Below, piece by piece: positions 12,552 through 64,000 of a stretch of 64,000 bases of DNA; the stretch's first letter is position 1, and each line of letters opens with the position of its first letter. The notes under the pieces were generated by a model. It saw only the letters and a program-made list of their open reading frames with translations. It had not been told where the DNA came from and ran no database searches. The stretch comes from Flaccisagitta enflata (Eukaryota), in the NCBI GenBank assembly GCA_965153355.1, contig OZ231126.1:27094001-27158000 (forward strand). The letters are read 5' to 3'. The position numbers and the translations under genes were made by a program.

Positions 12552-13233
12552 ATGAGCTAAAGTATAGGTCACTGGTCATTTTGGGGCTGTTTTTATCAAT
12601 ATATCTTCCTCAAATTAACTTGGGCATCGGGTACCGTTGACCATCCCACTAGTTTCACTGGCGCAACTGCCCTGCCAGTCTTATTAGTCTTAGTACTGCC
12701 CCCTGCGCCCCCGCCCACCCGGCAGTCCATCTGGCCCTCGCACCAACGATTTTGCCATCGATCCGGTTTAGTTGCAGATGAAGGGAAACTAGGCTCATCG
12801 AACAGTGTAAAATTGACAGCTCTAGTTGCTGTGATAAAGAATTTATTTATTACAAGATGCGTGTCAAACTGGTACGATATGTTACTGGTAACATACTTTT
12901 ACTATGGTGCAAAGACTGCAAAGACGAAGTATTGTGATGAAAATCATTCAGAGAGCATTGACAAACAAAAAGCATGAAATAGATGAAGGCGGTTAAATGA
13001 TCCGAACCCAATCAATGCTTCCAACTGAGTGTCGTTAATGGTGTCGACCGATTTGAGCGAGTGTTGGCGAGTGTCGTCAACTAGACAAAAGCCAATCTGG
13101 GGTGCGTAAGCGGCACATGAGAGCCGAAGTCTTGTCAAATGAATTTGGTTGCGCAATGCGCATGTCCGTTTTGACGACGTTTTGTCGATGCAAAAGCCAA
13201 TTACAAGTCTGCAGTAAACCTCTTCAAATCGCG

Positions 13234-20501
<7,268 letters not shown>

Positions 20502-21728
20502 GTCGAAAATCAGAAAAAATTGATTAGTGAAATCAAAATTGTTCTTGAAAAACGTGCAAGTCGATCGTCGAGTGAAAATGGAATTAAATTGCTGATACTG
20601 AGTGGTGAGTTTCCTTGCTGAGGAAATTTGTCGTAATAGTAAACGTAACTTCGTAGATCGAATTCGATATCAAACTGAGCCAACTGGAACTTTGAGAAGT
20701 ATCGTAGCGCCGAGGAAGTTGATAAAGCGAAAAGGTGTCAAACTCGTGTCTGTGAGATTGGAAGTTTCAAGGTCGCAGGCGAAAAATTGTGTCAGAAACG
20801 TGAGCAGATTATCACAGGTTATGTTGTCATGAAATGAAACCTGTTGATTTGTTGTTACAAATTTACTCGATTCTCACTTCGTTGAGATTACCATAATCAT
20901 CATAAGCTAACCAATTAAACAACGATGATTTTATTGATGTTGTTGCTGATTATTTGATTTAGTGAATGGTCGTTTCATTCGTAATTATTGAATTTAGTGT
21001 TTTTAGCTTCAAATTTTGATCGATAGATTTGCGTCTGATTAAGATGGATGACAAACTTTGGACCTTACAACCAAACTAGCTCAGTTGTTACTTCTCGTGG
21101 TTCGAACTTCTAACAATTCTCTTGAGCCAAAGGGGCGTGAGCACTGCATAAGTTTGAGTCAGAATGACAAAAGAATATCAAGTGTCGGTGCAGTGTGAGG
21201 AAAAAAAAGTTGTACAGTGGACAGCAAATCTGTCCAAGGAACAATAACCGGTACTGTTACTGTTACTTCACTGTTCTTTTGCCTGCTTTATTTATAAAAA
21301 AAAACAAAAACATAACGTTATTTAACATCTCTTTATTGAAATACTGTAACAAAAGGGTTACTTAGAGATAACAAACGTTTACGAATGATGGCAAAGATGG
21401 TTACTATGGTTAGCCAAATGGTTAAGACAGATAACCTACTAGTCCCTAGCAAATTCAGATTTCTAACCATTGCAATCCCTACATGCCGAAAACAATAACT
21501 ACAATCAACGTGAGTGAACATAGGAGAGATTTTCTTGAAATGGCGCCATTGCAGTAATCTTTGTCTTTAAATCAGCAGATGGTTCCATATGGATTGACTG
21601 AAATTGACGAATGACAAATCAAAAAAAGAAAGAAAAAAGATACAGCATCAGAAATTCCGAATGCATTATCATTGGTTAAATACCATGCTTGCTTGCTTGT
21701 ACCCCCATTACCTCTTGGTCTCACCTTC

Positions 21729-59419
<37,691 letters not shown>

Positions 59420-59667
59420 CTGGGAAAAGAAACAATTTTATAGTAATTCCCACCCTTTCTCTATTCTTAGTCCGCGACTGGGGTCTAACAGCGTTGTCAA
59501 AAGGCGTTGTCAAATGGCGCACTGCTCTGTATCGCCACCGTGTACTGGTGGTCCAACACATGCATAATCCATGGCAAATGAATGCAAAAAATTTCGGTCT
59601 CGTAGTAGGAGAGTTATCCTTTTTGTCTTTTGTTTTTAGCGGTCAATCACTCGAAAGCGATAACAAG

Positions 59668-59763
59668 TTAGGGTTAGGGGTAGGGTTAGTGTTAGGGTTA
59701 GGGATAAGGTCAGGGATAGTCTTAGGGATCAGGTTAGGGTTAGGGCTAGTGTTAGGGTTAGGG
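59668..59763 (+). repeat. Degenerate interstitial (TTAGGG)n array, about 16 units
   Basis: ttagggttaggggtagggttagtgttagggttagggataagg... Confidence 0.75.
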
Positions 59764-61319
59764 GTGTTTTAGAGCTAAATATCTACTCGCCAATTGAAAG
59801 TTTGCTCTGGCGGAATTTTCGGGAAACTCAAGTGCGATAGTTCATCTACAAAATGACCAAAATTTCCAGGGGCGCTTTTTTAAATAATCACCTTTTTTAC
59901 CTTCATGAGGTACAGGCCATTGAATTTTCCCATTTTTTGGACAATGAATCTTTTTTTGGTTGTAACTTTTGAACGAATTGAGCTGGAAATGCCAGATTGG
60001 TATCATTTTAAAGATCTCTTCAAGATCTTTCCAACTGTCACCAATTTTTTGTAAATCCGTTCAAAAGTAACTGAGATATAACCTGTCAAACATGAGTAAC
60101 TTTATGGGGATTGTGGACAATTTTCCATGTTTCAGAATACTGCCCATTTTTGGAACAATTTTCTTGTTTTACTTGTAACTTTTAAAAGAGTCAAGCTAGA
60201 AATGCCAGATTGGTCCCATTTTAAAGAATTTTTAGTCACATGCTACGCGACTCTACACCCCGCTTTGTCGGTCCGTCGGTCCATCCGTCCGTCTGTTGGT
60301 CACACTTTACTGTTTTGGTTTTTTTGTGGTTTTTGGCCTCACTGCTCCTGCCCAAATGATCTGGTGACCTCAATTGAGGCCCCTGCCCACTCGCACACGA
60401 CTGGGGTAGCCGTGTATCCGGCCTTGTTGAAGCTCTTTCAAACTGTCACAAATTTTTTGCAAATTCGTTAAAAAATGGCTGAGTTGTAACTTGTCAAACA
60501 TGACCAATATCATGGTAATTTGGAGCAATATTCCCACCACCTTTTCAACAGTCTGATTTTGACTTCAAATGCCTCCTTAGCTCCCCACATCTCTATAGGA
60601 GTAGTTATATGTCAGTTTATCTGTTGGGTTGTCTTTCTGTCTGTCTGTCTGTTGGTCTATGAATATGTAGCCCTTTTTGGGCAGGGGCCTCAGAGGGGCC
60701 AATGACCTATGATTCCACATAGGAGGATTTTCTCTGGTTTCCGTCCATTTGTCCATCCATCCGTCCATCTGTCACCCCCCCCAGCCAAATGCCAGGGCTC
60801 AGCTTAGATTATGCATATCAGACCCCAAATCAGGCCTATTAGACCCCTAATCAGGCCTTCCAGACCTCAAACCAGGCCACGCATTTCATATGACGTCGTT
60901 CAAGTATTTGAGCAGGGCCGGTCTCTGAAACCGCCTCAATATGATCTGGATGGGTCTTCTGGAGGTCGGAAAACTTTCCGCAAAAAAATCCCGCTCAGGA
61001 AAATTCGTCCAACCTCTATTGCTCCACAGATGAGAATGTCATGATCTTCACTTTCATTTTTTTCATGAATCTTAAGCGAACTCCTTTGATATCCCTGCAA
61101 AAGTGCATTTTTCCGTGGCAAAAATCTGTGTTCGAAATCAAATGTGACATAATTTTTGATGTAGAATTCATATCTGATGTTCAAAGCGAGTTTGAATGAC
61201 GCCAGATGGCACAAAATGACACAGGAAGTCAGAGTAATAGAACGTAAGAAGTCTGAGTAATAGAATTTTTTTTCAATTTTTTACGATTTTGTGTAGGATC
61301 AATAAAGAAGTGGAGTGAT

Positions 61320-61725
61320 GTTTGTTTGAGCATGCAAATACAAGAAATCATGTTCCTGAGTGTAGCTGCCCATCGTTGAGGGTGCTTTGAGTATTCTAGC
61401 TCATCTAGCTCATTTAGCTCAATTTTTTTTCTAATGTTAAATCGGAAAAATGAATAGATATTTTGATACTTGTCTGAGCATGCAAATGCAAGAAAGCATG
61501 TCAGTAAGCATGGCTGCTCATCTGTGAGGGTGTTATTCAGTATTCTAGCTCACTTAGCTCATTTAGCTCAATCTTTTTTTCTGATTTTTGATGGCATAAA
61601 TGTTTTGATACATGTCTGAGCATGCAAATACGAGAACATATCTGTGTGCATAATTGGTCATCTGGGTGAGTGATTTTGAGTATTTTAGCTCATCAAGCTC
61701 ATTTGGCTCAGTCCTATTCTTATCT
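61320..61725. repeat. Three diverged ~145-bp tandem units
   Basis: gagcatgcaaat recurs at 61328, 61476 and 61618, each followed by tagctca triplets. Confidence 0.75.
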
Positions 61726-62289
61726 GATTTTCTGTGCATTCAATACATACAATTGCTCTTGATTTAATCTAACAAATACAAAATTTGCAGTGACTGAAGA
61801 CGAAAGCATGGTGAAAAGTGACCAATGCTTATGACTTTTTTCCTCACGGCAATAGCCGCCATTACTGGTACTTTCGATTTAGCAAAATTATCAATTTCAA
61901 TCAAATTCAGACAATTAAATTCAGCAAAAAAGGGGATAAGATGCGACTTAAGGTGATTCAAACCCAAAGTCATTTAGAAAGCCAATGATAGGGCCTTCTA
62001 TGAACTTTTCCATAAGCAGCGACACTTCCGATTTGAGAAAAAAGAAGTCATTTCAGCCTTTATTAACGTTCCGCGCACACATCTGCGTATGAGCAAAACA
62101 AGTTGTCCAAGGATCGCACATGGTCAGTGCTACACAATGCCCCGCTCTGAGTGGTCAAGAATACAAAGCTACCCAAGTCACCTGCCAGTGGGTAGGGGAT
62201 GGATGAAATAGGGCCACCAAAGATTTAAGTAGGCGCAGCTACAACTAACCATAAATGCAATGTTCGCAAAAGCATTAAATAGTCAGTGG

Positions 62290-63750
62290 TATCCGTTGCC
62301 CCTAAATGGGTGTATGTGGGTGTGAGGTGGTTGGAGGGGCAGCGGTCCCGAAGGGGCCGATGACCTATACTCATAAAGTTTTGGGGATTTGGGGCTCAAG
62401 ACTGGGATATGGGTGTCAAGGGTGGAATTTGGGCCTAAAGGCTATTATTGGGGACTCAAGGCTAAGTAGTTAGCCTCAAAGTTTGGCCTCAAGGCTGGGA
62501 TTTAGGTCAAGATTAAGGTCAACAGGTCGCCCAGGGGCTTTATGTGGTCAGCGATACCCGTTGCCCTGCTTTGCATGATTGTGAAATGGAAAGGGAGGAA
62601 GCAGGACAGCGGCCCCGAAGGGGACGAAGTCCTGAAGAACACAGGGGGACTTTCGTTCATCAATCCGTCCATCTGTCCATTCCCCCCAAGCCATCTCAGG
62701 CCTGAAATCTGTCCTCTCAGGCCTGAAATTCACCCTCTCAGGCCTGAAATCTGCCCTCTCAGGCTTTGAATCTGCAAGGGCAGGTTTCAGGCCAGAGAGG
62801 ACAGATTTCAGGCCTGAGAGGACAGATTTCAGGCCTGAGAGGGCATATTTCAGGCCTGAGAGGGCAGATTCAAAGCCTGAGAGGGCAGATTTTTGGCCTG
62901 AGAGGGCAGATTTCAGGTCTGAGAGGGCCTGGGGGGGACAAACGGACAAACGGAATGACAAACGAAAGTACCCCTGTGTTCTACAGGACTTCGTCCCCTT
63001 CGGGGCCGCTGCCCAAAAGGCTGGGATTTGGACCTCAAGGCTAAGATTTGGGCCTCAAGACTGGGTTTTGGGCCAAATTAGGCAAAAATTGGCAGAATTT
63101 GAAAGGAATTGGCTGATATTGACATATTTTAGCAGATCTTAGCAGAATTTGGCAGAATTTGGCAGAATTAAGCGGGGGGGGGTATGAAGAAGGAAAAATG
63201 TATGCATATGTGAAAGCATAGGTCATCAGCCCCCTTTGGGGCCACTGCCCAAAAAAGAAACAGGTCGCCCAAGGGCAATATGTGGTCAGCAATACCCGTT
63301 GCCCTGCTTTGAGTGATTGTGAAATGGAGTGAGGGGAAGAAGGGCAGCGGCCCCAAAGGGGACAAAGTCCTGTAGAACACGGGGACTTTCGTTTTTCCTT
63401 CCTTAAGAAGTTGATGAGATGCTATAGAAGGCTGACTGAAGGCATTCAAGAGCCTAAACTGAGGTTTAAGAAGGCTGATTTAAGGCCTGAGAATGCCAAT
63501 TGGAAGCTTGAGAGAGCTGACTTAAAGCTTGAGAGAGCTGGATTAAGGCTTGAAAGGCCAGAGGACTGAGAGCAATAAATTGAGGATTAGATGGCTTATT
63601 TGAGGCCTGAGAGGCTTAATTTGAGGTATGAGAGGCTAGGTTTGAGGCCTGAGATATTGGATTTGATGCCTGAGAATTTGGATTTGAGGCCTGAGAGGCC
63701 AGATTTGAGGCCTGAGAGGCCAGATTTGAGGCCTGAGAGGCTGGATTTAG
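62290..63750. mobile_element. Cluster of nested family-B elements with 21-bp tandem repeats
   Basis: Several gggcagcggcccc-aagggg termini; 63258-63750 is a reverse-complement relative of the element in MAT intron 3. Confidence 0.7.
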
Positions 63751-64000
63751 GTATAAATCAGGACATTTATGAATCTCAACCATTCCATGAGGGAGTGAAG
63801 TGAGTGAGCAAAGTGAGCAAAGTGAATGATCAAAGTGAGTGAGCCAGCCTGTGGATGAGGCAAGCCTTATGATGGAGAGCAAATGAGCAGAGTGAGCGGT
63901 GCGAGTGAATGAATGTAGTGAGCGACCAAGTGGCTTGTTAAAAACGTGGCTGTCACGAATAGGAACTGACCCAATGTTTGGTGTACATTGAATCGTTAAC

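Noticed and set aside
61764-61973. ORF as the missing first exon of the Ly6 gene (donor GCC|GTGAGG near 61846)
   Set aside because: No signal peptide and no CxxC pair; the real exon is probably beyond the window.

Overview
Repeat-rich eukaryotic, most likely invertebrate, genomic DNA with spliceosomal introns; the taxon cannot be assigned from the sequence. Left end (+ strand): the last exon of S-adenosylhomocysteine hydrolase (AHCY) is followed only 758 nt after its stop by a complete 7-exon, 395-aa S-adenosylmethionine synthetase (MAT/SAMS). This tight methionine-cycle gene pair may be a eukaryotic operon. The MAT gene lacks the usual intron-2 position and METTL16 motif, but has a candidate poison exon. 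Two minus-strand genes that the ORF track mostly misses were assembled by hand from splice sites and phases: a Ly6/uPAR (three-finger), probably GPI-anchored protein whose small exons are separated by 15-20 kb introns, and immediately downstream a putative 5-exon gene of unknown function. The rest is nested transposons: a Penelope-like element with inverted pLTRs holding degenerate hammerhead ribozymes, a decayed Helitron/Helentron Rep-helicase, dozens of HINE/DINE-1-like elements (some with expanded tandem arrays), hAT/MULE/Tc1-type MITEs (many fully palindromic) and microsatellites. Most ORFs in the track are repeat artefacts.
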